From: an uncultured bacterium | Lineage (GTDB): Bacteria; Bacteroidota; Bacteroidia; Bacteroidales; Bacteroidaceae | Direction of reading: 5' to 3' | DNA length: 64,000 nucleotides | Assembly: GCA_905214795.1 (NCBI GenBank) | Contig: CAJMNM010000014.1 | Coordinates: 2,669 to 66,668, forward strand | In this document: piece after piece, positions 40,479 to 48,225 of the stretch | Layout: each line of letters begins with the position of its first letter | Numbering within the stretch: the stretch's first letter is position 1 | Program-made: the position numbers and the translations under genes | The notes under the pieces: generated by a model | The model's database searches: none | What the model saw: the letters and a program-made list of their open reading frames with translations, nothing else | Told to the model about the DNA's origin: nothing

Positions 40479-40995
40479 TCCTTCACCCCTTCACATTCCT
40501 TTGTAATTGTTTGAATATTTGTATGTTGCGTGTGAAGGGGTTGTCATACAGCCGTTACATGACCGGATGGCTGGTTAGGCGGGCTTTTCTGTGTGACCGT
40601 CCGGCCGGTAATGGGTGGTGAAAGATGTAGGATGTTTAATTAAATTAACGTATTGTCAAAACAGATGTTAATTTAAGGGCGCATAATAAAGGAATTTTAC
40701 AAAAAATAGGATGGGTACGGTTACGGGCATTTTCGTAACCGTGCGGAAAAATGTTTTGATACGGTTGTGAGGACAACCGCAACCGTGCGGAAATAAATTC
40801 GTAACAGTATGGGATTGCAGCCGTAACCGTATGGAAAAAAACTCATGACCGTAAGCGTTTTTGAAGTCGGAATGTTAATAAATGCAAATAAGAAGTGCAC
40901 CCGGTGAATATGATGTGAAGGAGTTGTGAAGGCTACCCTTCACACACAACGTTCATAGATTCAGTATGTTATTGCGGATGTGAAGGGGTGAAGGA
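40479..40995. repeat. ~517-bp element bounded by imperfect ~60-bp inverted repeats (MITE/BIME-like), containing the 22-bp lattice array (copy B)
   Basis: TCCTTCACCCCTTCACAT at 40479 and its exact reverse complement ending at 40995; similarity continues inward to GTGTGAAGGG/CCCTTCACAC; no credible internal ORF. Confidence 0.75.
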
Positions 40996-41044
40996 TAAAA
41001 TGGAAAAAGTATTTTTATAGGGAAGATGCAGGGACACCTCGCCT

Positions 41045-44000
41045 TTAAGGTATGACTGTTGTGTCATCGTGAAGGATATCCGATTGGTTGAAGAAATCAA
41101 TCAGCTCGCGGTAGGCCGGGCACTGCGAAAGCAGTCTGCCGTTTCCGATAAGGAAAAATTGTTTACGTGCCCGCGTGATGGCCACATTCAGTTTGCGGTC
41201 AATCCATTGTCCGTCGGTCAGTACCGGTTCGGAAAGAACGGACAGCTGATAATGACGGCTGACGGTGGTGCTGAACAGGATGATGTCGCGCTGGCTGCCC
41301 TGATAACGTTCTACGGTATCAATAGTAATGTCGTCGGTGTCGGGAATGTGAAGGGCCGACAGTGCGCGCCTTATCATGGCGATTTGTCCGCGGAAAGGTA
41401 CGATGATGCCGATGCGGTGGCGGAAATCATAATCCAGAGCGTTCTGGCGGCAAAGGGCGGCGATTGTACCGACCAGACGTACCACAGTCTTGGCCTCGTA
41501 GCGGTTGCATTTGTTGTTTTCTATAAATTCGTCGGGTTCCACCGGGATGAATCCCATGCGTGTGGTGGCTACATATTGCTGCCAGCGGCCGGTGTCGTGG
41601 CGGTGGAATTCCAGCTCCTCGGTCTGGTGTCTGACAGGCACGATGTCGAGTTTTCCTTCGTAAAAACGTGTATTGACAAATGCGCTTAGCGCAGGGTGCA
41701 TCCGTCCCTGTTTGTGCAGCATGGCTACGATGCCCCGGGTGTTCCAAAGGCGTTGCAGGGCGTGAAGTCTTTCGAAGAAGGAATTACGGCAGTCGGTCAG
41801 TCCGATGGCATGCAGCAGTGGGTCGTCCACACGTGACGATTCGGGACGTTGTACCACTACGGCGGGCAGCTGTTTGTGGTCGCCAATGAGGATGAATTTT
41901 CCGATGGCCGACCGTCGCAGGTTATAGTCGCCGCTGTGGGCAGTGGTGGTGGCGCACAGCAGCGGGAGCAGTTGCGGCTCGAGCACCTGTGAGGCCTCGT
42001 CGATAATGGCGATGTCAATGGGTTTCAGACTGAACAGTTCGGTGTGGCCGCACAGACTGCTTATTGTACTGACAAAGATCTGTACGGGAGCCAGCCGGCT
42101 GTAGATCTCACTCCTGTTGGCGGCACCGGCAATGACTTCACTCAGCAGGCGGGAACGGTATGCCGGGTCGCAGTTCAGTTCCTGTCCGATGCGGATGTAG
42201 TCGGGCGAGGGGCTGATGGTGGCCAGCATGGCGCATATCTCGTCCACAGCACGGTTGGTATAGGCCATCAGAAGCAGGGTTTTCCGCGGGACGTCAGACA
42301 GGAATTCTTCTACCATGGATTTAAGTGCCACCGAGGTTTTTCCGGTTCCGGGCGGTCCCACCAGCAGAAAATAGTCTTTGGCCTGTTTGGCCTGAAGAAC
42401 GATGCGGTTGGTTTCCTCGCTGCCATATTGACCGTTGAGCGACACGGTTGTGTCGGTCTCGGGGCGGCGTTGCCCCAGAATGAGCGCTTTGCGTTCAGAG
42501 GGCGCGGTCAGCAGACTGAACAGTCCGGCATAGGCCTGCTGGGCTGTGCCGTCGGAGTAGGACGGTTCGATGGCATAGTGGAGGGTAGGGCTGAACGCGT
42601 CGGCATGGCGTTGCTTGAACATGAGACGCAACAGGTAATGGTCGGGGTGGATTTCCTCTATGACACAGCGGTATATCCGGCTGTTGGTAACGTTGTCCTT
42701 CTCGTCCTGCCGGGCATAAAGCATCACCATGTCGCCTTGTCGGAAATTGGGCAGAAAGTCTTCGCCGTAGTCCGGCAAGTCGGCACGCAGACCGACAACC
42801 GTTCCGTCGGCTTCGGTTTGCGGTGTGAGCGAGAGGTCGGTCAGTATGTTACCGTTTTGTTGTTTGGTGGCGGTGTCGGCGTTCCATGTGTCGGCAAATC
42901 CTCTTGACGAGTCGGGACGGTCGTCGCCCGTCTTGGCCAGAAACTGCTCGCGTTCCATAAAGGTGAAGAAGGTATGGAAATAGGCGCTTTCCAGTTCCGT
43001 CATACGTTGAAGCGGCGCCAGGGCTTTGATTATTTCAGGCCTTAAGTAAGTAAAATAAAAACGGTCGTTACGCAGCGAGGTGTTGAGATGGGCCTCGTCG
43101 AGTTCGGCAAACACATCGCGCGAATGGCCGTCGCATAGCCGTTTCTCGAGATGGACAATGGCGTTGCGCAGCGCCATGACGGCACGTATATCGGCACGGG
43201 GCACGTCGATGGCGTAAAACTTGGGATAACGCGAATAGAACAGGTAGGACTGCACTTTGTTGTGGGGCATGTCCATGTTGTAGTAAAGCATTTCCTTGTA
43301 GAGCGCCATCTGTATCTGGTGCTCGTTTCTGGGATGCAGGTGGGGGAACTCTTCCGCCTTGCCGCTTTTGAGCTCCACAAGTTTGCTCAGGTCGTTGATG
43401 AGCAGGTCCATACGTCCCTGTATGCCCATGGCTTCGCAGAGAAAGGAAGGTTCGAGCCGGACGTCGGACGTGTTGATGTCGATGTCGGCCGCGCTGAATT
43501 TTCCGCGTACGGTTTCACGTATGGAATGGAATTGTGCGGCGCACTGGTTGAAAAAGTCACGGTCGATGCCTTCGAGCGTGGCATATTCGAGCGGCGTTTC
43601 ACAAAAACTCTTGCGTATGGCGCGCAGGTAGAGTTCCTCTTCGGGACGGTCATGGTCGGCCGGACTCTCATTGACACACTCGTCGAGAAACAGGTTGGCC
43701 ACGTTACCCAGTTGGATGGCCGACGAACGGGCACGCGGCGACATCTTGTTGAGCAGGTGGGCGTAAGCGCTGTTGCCGTAGGGCTTCATGCAGGCGCAGA
43801 GGGCCGTGATGTCGATAAGAAAGTCGGGATTGAGGATAACCATGTCGGGATAGAGAACAGTTTCGCCGTTTTCAGTGTTGACCTGGGTGTTGAGCAGGTT
43901 GACCTGTGCACCTTCGTAAAGCTGCTTGTCCAGTCCGGCAAACGGCGCGTCGCCCGACGGGGCGTAACACACTTTGTACAGGTCGTGTTCGAGGTCTTCA

Positions 44001-44506
44001 GAGGACCATCCGTAGAGATGTCTGTTATCCCAATGATCAACGGTCAGTCTCATCCGTTTTACAGCCGGTGTTCCGGTTACGTCGGTCAGTTTGCGCCAAT
44101 GAGCGGGAAGCAAGGCATTGAGTGAGCCTGGTATGGGATAATGGTAGAAGGCAGAGATGCCTTCGCACAATGCTTTCAAATCGTATCGGTAATCTTCGTC
44201 AGAAGGTATGAATATGCCGGTGATGGCTTTTCTGGCATTGGCCCTGAATATCACTAATGGTATAACGGGTATACCCTTGGTTTTGCAAAGAGTGTGCAGG
44301 CGGGTGTTCAGATGTGTAAACTCGGCTTTGAATGTAGCCGTACAGTCTTTTACCGCACGAGTCAGAATGAGGTTTAGCCGACGATAACGTTCGCCGGCCG
44401 GCAACTGCAATGTGTTGACGTGGCGGATTTCGTTGAATAACTCCTGCGGGTCTTCGCGCAGTGTCGGAGAATCGGTTGTGGCGTTATGATGAACAGATGC
44501 GGACAT
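41045..44506 (-). CDS. Dna2-like protein: PD-(D/E)xK nuclease fused to an SF1 (UPF1/Dna2-type) helicase
   Basis: Nuclease E..GIQGRMD..VELKSGK..HQIQMALY; helicase GPPGTGKT, AYTNRAVD, IIDEASQ, IGDHKQLP, QGRMHP, TVERYQGSQRD, LNVAITRAR. Confidence 0.9.
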   Translation of the reverse strand: MSASVHHNATTDSPTLREDPQELFNEIRHVNTLQLPAGERYRRLNLILTRAVKDCTATFKAEFTHLNTRLHTLCKTKGIPVIPLVIFRANARKAITGIFIPSDEDYRYDLKALCEGISAFYHYPIPGSLNALLPAHWRKLTDVTGTPAVKRMRLTVDHWDNRHLYGWSSEDLEHDLYKVCYAPSGDAPFAGLDKQLYEGAQVNLLNTQVNTENGETVLYPDMVILNPDFLIDITALCACMKPYGNSAYAHLLNKMSPRARSSAIQLGNVANLFLDECVNESPADHDRPEEELYLRAIRKSFCETPLEYATLEGIDRDFFNQCAAQFHSIRETVRGKFSAADIDINTSDVRLEPSFLCEAMGIQGRMDLLINDLSKLVELKSGKAEEFPHLHPRNEHQIQMALYKEMLYYNMDMPHNKVQSYLFYSRYPKFYAIDVPRADIRAVMALRNAIVHLEKRLCDGHSRDVFAELDEAHLNTSLRNDRFYFTYLRPEIIKALAPLQRMTELESAYFHTFFTFMEREQFLAKTGDDRPDSSRGFADTWNADTATKQQNGNILTDLSLTPQTEADGTVVGLRADLPDYGEDFLPNFRQGDMVMLYARQDEKDNVTNSRIYRCVIEEIHPDHYLLRLMFKQRHADAFSPTLHYAIEPSYSDGTAQQAYAGLFSLLTAPSERKALILGQRRPETDTTVSLNGQYGSEETNRIVLQAKQAKDYFLLVGPPGTGKTSVALKSMVEEFLSDVPRKTLLLMAYTNRAVDEICAMLATISPSPDYIRIGQELNCDPAYRSRLLSEVIAGAANRSEIYSRLAPVQIFVSTISSLCGHTELFSLKPIDIAIIDEASQVLEPQLLPLLCATTTAHSGDYNLRRSAIGKFILIGDHKQLPAVVVQRPESSRVDDPLLHAIGLTDCRNSFFERLHALQRLWNTRGIVAMLHKQGRMHPALSAFVNTRFYEGKLDIVPVRHQTEELEFHRHDTGRWQQYVATTRMGFIPVEPDEFIENNKCNRYEAKTVVRLVGTIAALCRQNALDYDFRHRIGIIVPFRGQIAMIRRALSALHIPDTDDITIDTVERYQGSQRDIILFSTTVSRHYQLSVLSEPVLTDGQWIDRKLNVAITRARKQFFLIGNGRLLSQCPAYRELIDFFNQSDILHDDTTVIP

Positions 44507-44514
44507 GGGTGGTG

Positions 44515-45786
44515 TTATTCGGACGGAGTTTCGTTTTTCTCGTCGTCGGGTTTGTATTTGGCTTCCAGTTCTTCGGCACTGAGCACTTTGCTTTTAAAAT
44601 TGCGCGGCTTGCCCGGATGAGACTTGCCTGTAACGACCGCCTGGCCGCCGATGCTTCCGCGGTACCGTTCCCAGCGCTGCAGGATGGAGACCACATAATT
44701 ATAGGTTTCAGTGCCGCGCAGATAACCGTACTGAACGACCGGGTCGTTATAGTAAGCCGGTTTGCTGAGATTAAGGATGAACGGGGAAACGTCAGCCCAG
44801 CGATGCGGGTCTTTGCCGTGTTTGCGGGCAAGCGCCATGGCGTCGCGCACGTGTCCCGGTCCGCCGTTGTAAGCTGCCAGTACAAACTGCAGACGTTCGG
44901 CCCGTCCGGGAACGTCACTGAATTTGTTTTGCAATTCGTTGAGATAAAGCGCTGCCGCACGGATGTTGACTTCCGGATTGTGCAACTGTCCGGCAGGTAT
45001 ACCGAGGTGACCGGCCGTTTCGGGCATAATCTGCATGAGTCCGCGTGCGCCGGCCCATGAGATGGCCTGCGGGTCGAATCCCGATTCCTGATAACACTGT
45101 GCGGCCATCAGTCGCCAGTCCCAGCCTATGGCCTGACTGTGGCGGATGAAATGCTGGTCGTAAGAAGAGATGATGCCTTTCTTCCTGTTCAGTATGGGGG
45201 CTCGTAAATGGCGCTTGACCCCTGAACCGCCGCTATAGCGTTGCCGTTCGGCGTTGATGACGGAACGGCGTATGTCGGGCGAGTACCAGTCGTTCAGTGC
45301 GTTGGCCAGCAGAAGAGCATCCTTGCGGATAACCCATTGCCGTTTGCTCTTTGCCGAGGCGCTGTCGCCTGTCCAGACTCCGGCCTGTTGCATGTCTTGA
45401 CCTTTCAGAACATCGGCCGGCAGCTCGAGTGCGATGAGGTCGGCCTCGTTTTGCCGGAGCCTTTTAATCAGGTCTGCTGTATCTTTGGCTATTTCCATGC
45501 GCAGCCGGGCACCGACGGACACGGCAAAACGTTCAGCCATCTCATATTGCAGACCAAATCCCTTGCCACGGTATTCAAAATAAGTTTCCGGGCCGGATAG
45601 TGTAACGGCGATGAGTTCGCCCGCTTCTTGTATTTGGTCGAGATCATAGTAGGTTGTAGGGGCATTTTCTTCATTGTCCGTGTCAGTGATGCCTAACGGT
45701 GAGGCGTGTTTTTCTTCCTTCTCGCGGCAACCGGAAGCGGTGTACAAGGTCAGAAGAACCGGTAAGAAAAAGAGAAGCTGTTTCAT
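44515..45786 (-). CDS. MltF-like lipoprotein lytic transglycosylase (substrate-binding-like domain + SLT)
   Basis: Lipobox ASGC; YQESGF, GARGLMQIMP, LAAYNGG, ETYNYV. Confidence 0.9.
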   Translation of the reverse strand: MKQLLFFLPVLLTLYTASGCREKEEKHASPLGITDTDNEENAPTTYYDLDQIQEAGELIAVTLSGPETYFEYRGKGFGLQYEMAERFAVSVGARLRMEIAKDTADLIKRLRQNEADLIALELPADVLKGQDMQQAGVWTGDSASAKSKRQWVIRKDALLLANALNDWYSPDIRRSVINAERQRYSGGSGVKRHLRAPILNRKKGIISSYDQHFIRHSQAIGWDWRLMAAQCYQESGFDPQAISWAGARGLMQIMPETAGHLGIPAGQLHNPEVNIRAAALYLNELQNKFSDVPGRAERLQFVLAAYNGGPGHVRDAMALARKHGKDPHRWADVSPFILNLSKPAYYNDPVVQYGYLRGTETYNYVVSILQRWERYRGSIGGQAVVTGKSHPGKPRNFKSKVLSAEELEAKYKPDDEKNETPSE

Positions 45787-45885
45787 TTCATGTCTTTGCG
45801 TTAAACCTGACAGACGGGTTTCGGGAGCAGGCTGTATTTTTAGGGAGAGATAAGCTCCTTCTTATCAAAAAATAATTTATCTTTG

Positions 45886-45917
45886 CAAAGATAGTGAAAG
45901 GCGAGAGCAGAGACAAA
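45886..45917 (-). promoter_or_regulatory. -33/-7 promoter formed by the end of the tandem repeat, facing the MltF-like gene
   Basis: Minus strand TTTG(45917-45914)-N20-TATCTTTG(45893-45886); the -7 box is half of the perfect palindrome TATCTTTGCAAAGATA (45878-45893). Confidence 0.7.
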
Positions 45918-46128
45918 CGAAAAACGTAGTTTTTAACGTTTGGTCTATGCCGAGCCGCCTCCTGTCTTATTTAAAGATAGTGAAAGGCGAGAGCAGAGAC
46001 AAACGAAAAACGTAGTTTTTAACGTTTGGTCTATGCCGAGCCGCCTCCTGTCTTATTTAAAGATAGTGAAAGGCGAGAGCAGAGACAAACGAAAAACGTA
46101 GTTTTTAACGTTAGGCTATGCCGAGCCG
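45887..46128. repeat. Tandem array of ~2.8 copies of an 86-bp hairpin unit
   Basis: Units start at 45887, 45973 and 46059 (AAAGATAGTGAAAGGCGAGAGCAGAGACAAACGAAAAACGTAGTTTTTAACGTT...CTATGCCGAGCCG); the first two are identical. Confidence 0.95.
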
Positions 46129-46167
46129 TATTGAAGTATAATGATAATATAAAATAAACATCAGAAA

Positions 46168-46467
46168 ATGGTAAAACATATTGTATTGTTTCAGTTGAAT
46201 CCGGACATGGATGCCAAAGCGAAGATGGAAGTGATGCGTGCGTTTAAAAAAGGAATAGAGGCTTTGCCGGCTACCATAGAGAATATCCGTAAAATAGAGG
46301 TAGGACTGAATATTAATTCAGACGAAGCGTACGATATTGCTTTATATAGTGAATTTGATACATTGGAAGATGTGAAAGCTTATGCGGTTCATCCGGCCCA
46401 TCTGGCTGTTGCCGCATTGCTGAAGGATTGCAAGAAGAGTCGTTCCTGTGTGGATTACGAATGTTAA
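46168..46467 (+). CDS. Dabb family stress-responsive A/B barrel protein
   Basis: VKHIVLF, YDIALYSEF, YAVHPAH, SRSCVDY. Confidence 0.9.
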   Translation: MVKHIVLFQLNPDMDAKAKMEVMRAFKKGIEALPATIENIRKIEVGLNINSDEAYDIALYSEFDTLEDVKAYAVHPAHLAVAALLKDCKKSRSCVDYEC

Positions 46468-46479
46468 GAAAAGACGAAT

Positions 46480-46995
46480 ATGCGTAGGATAAAGAATCCC
46501 TGGTTGCATAATCCGGCCTATCATTGTTTTGGTTGCTGTCCGGATAATGAGGCAGGTGTGAAGATGACTTTTTATGCCGACGGCGACAAGGTGGTGAGTA
46601 TATGGAAGCCCGGCGCGCAATTTCAGGGTTGGATTGACACGCTGCATGGCGGCATACAGGCCGTGATGCTGGATGAGATTTGTGCATGGGCGGTTTTAAA
46701 CCGTATGAAAACCTCGGGCGTGACATCACGTATGGAAACCCGTTACCGTAAGCCGGTATCGACAAAGGACGATTATCTGGTGTTGCGGGCAGAGATCACT
46801 GAGGTGCGCCGCAATCTGGCAACCATAGAAGCTTCATTATATAACAGCAAGGGCGAGTGTTGTACGGAAGCTGTATGTACTTATTTTACATTCTCACAGG
46901 AGAAGGCTACGGAGATGGGATTCCGCGGTCTGGAGCTTGACGATGAGGAAGTGGATGAGCAGACCGTGATAGCACGGGTTATGAGGCAGGATTGA
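46480..46995 (+). CDS. PaaI family thioesterase (hotdog fold)
   Basis: CFGC..DN..G, FQGW..TLHGGIQAVMLDE, YRKPV. Confidence 0.9.
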   Translation: MRRIKNPWLHNPAYHCFGCCPDNEAGVKMTFYADGDKVVSIWKPGAQFQGWIDTLHGGIQAVMLDEICAWAVLNRMKTSGVTSRMETRYRKPVSTKDDYLVLRAEITEVRRNLATIEASLYNSKGECCTEAVCTYFTFSQEKATEMGFRGLELDDEEVDEQTVIARVMRQD

Positions 46996-47157
46996 TTCCG
47001 TGGCGCAGGCGGGACCGTGTACTGTCAGTGAAATGAAATTGTAAGAAAACAAGGCGTATTTATGGCAAAATAAAATTTTTCGCTAATTTTCTTGCACAAA
47101 TTGTTGTCGGTATATTAAAAGTTGTTTATATTTGCATCGTAATCAAAAGCAATATTT

Positions 47158-47205
47158 ATGAAGACAATGGCTACATATCATCATCACCATCATTCCGGCG
47201 TATAA
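47158..47205 (+). CDS. His operon leader peptide
   Basis: MKTMATYHHHHHSGV*: five consecutive His codons upstream of hisG; TATATTTG box at 47127-47134. Confidence 0.9.
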   Translation: MKTMATYHHHHHSGV

Positions 47206-47206
47206 A

Positions 47207-47289
47207 CATCGGTAGGCGATAGACGTATATGTATCTATATAATGAAATGATGAATGAAAGGCTTGCCGGTGTAACGGTGAGCCTTTTTT
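47207..47289 (+). promoter_or_regulatory. His transcriptional attenuator (antiterminator/terminator)
   Basis: Terminator AAAGGCTTGCCG/CGGTGAGCCTTTTTT (47257-47289); CATCGGTAGGC (47207-47217) can pair with its 5' arm GCTTGCCGGTG (47261-47271). Confidence 0.85.
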
Positions 47290-47327
47290 ATTAATTTGAC
47301 GAAAACAATTTAAAACACAATAAAAAT

Positions 47328-48179
47328 ATGCTAAGAATTGCAGTACAGTCCAAAGGACGACTTTTTGAAGACACAATGGCTCTGCTGGCCGAAGCCGACA
47401 TTAAAGTAAGTTCATCTAAGCGCACCTTGCTGGTGCAGGCTTCCAATTTCCCGCTCGAGGTGCTTTATCTGCGTGATGATGATATTCCGCAGTCTGTGGC
47501 AAGCGGGGTGGCCGACATCGGTATCGTGGGCGAGAATGAATTTGTGGAACGCGGCGAGGACGCGGCAATCATACGCCGGCTGGGTTTCAGCAAATGCCGT
47601 TTGTCGCTGGCTATTCCAAAGGTGGTGGATTATCCAGGCCTGTCATGGTTTGAAGGAAAGAAGATTGCTACCTCTTATCCTAATATCCTGAAAAAGTTTA
47701 TGGATGAGAAAGGTGTGAACACCGACATACATGTGATTACAGGATCGGTGGAAATCGCACCGGGAATAGGGCTGGCCGACGGTATCTTTGATATTGTCAG
47801 TTCTGGGTCTACGCTGGTGAGCAACAATCTGAACGAGGTTGAAGTGGTGATGAAGAGTGAGGCATTGCTTATCGGCAACAAGATGATGACCGATGACAAA
47901 AAGGCCGTGTTGGACGAACTGTTGTTCCGCATAGAGGCGGTGAAGAGCGCGGAAGATAAAAAGTATGTGCTGATGAATGTGCCGACCGACCGTGTGGCAG
48001 ACGTTGTGGCAGTGTTGCCGGGCGCAAAGAGTCCTACTGTGATGCCGTTGGCACAGAGCGGATGGAGCAGCGTGCACACGGTGATAGATGAGAAGTGTTT
48101 CTGGGATATCATCTCCAAACTGAAGGAACTTGGCGCACAGGGCATTCTTGTTGTACCGATAGAGAAAATGATTCTTTAA
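47328..48179 (+). CDS. hisG: ATP phosphoribosyltransferase (long form)
   Basis: LRIAVQSKGRL, RDDDIP, IATSYP, GSVEIAP, DIVSSGSTL, SPTVMPL. Confidence 0.97.
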   Translation: MLRIAVQSKGRLFEDTMALLAEADIKVSSSKRTLLVQASNFPLEVLYLRDDDIPQSVASGVADIGIVGENEFVERGEDAAIIRRLGFSKCRLSLAIPKVVDYPGLSWFEGKKIATSYPNILKKFMDEKGVNTDIHVITGSVEIAPGIGLADGIFDIVSSGSTLVSNNLNEVEVVMKSEALLIGNKMMTDDKKAVLDELLFRIEAVKSAEDKKYVLMNVPTDRVADVVAVLPGAKSPTVMPLAQSGWSSVHTVIDEKCFWDIISKLKELGAQGILVVPIEKMIL

Positions 48180-48225
48180 CGGCGGTACAGGCTGATTAAT
48201 ATTGTTAGAAGAAAGAGAGGACGAC

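Noticed and set aside
40716..40857. Mini-CRISPR next to a Cas4-like nuclease
   Set aside because: Motifs are 10 bp, degenerate and in both orientations with only 8-16 bp between them; the nuclease is part of a Dna2-like fusion.
40269..41044. Chromosomal oriC or terminus
   Set aside because: No DnaA-box cluster or clear dif site seen, and by eye the plus strand stays G/T-rich on both sides.
41069..45060. Several 200-320-aa plus-strand ORFs opposite the helicase and MltF genes
   Set aside because: Expected shadow ORFs in GC-rich coding DNA; no domain signatures.
45887..46128. Possible CRISPR array
   Set aside because: Units repeat over their whole 86 bp with no unique spacers; no cas genes in the window.
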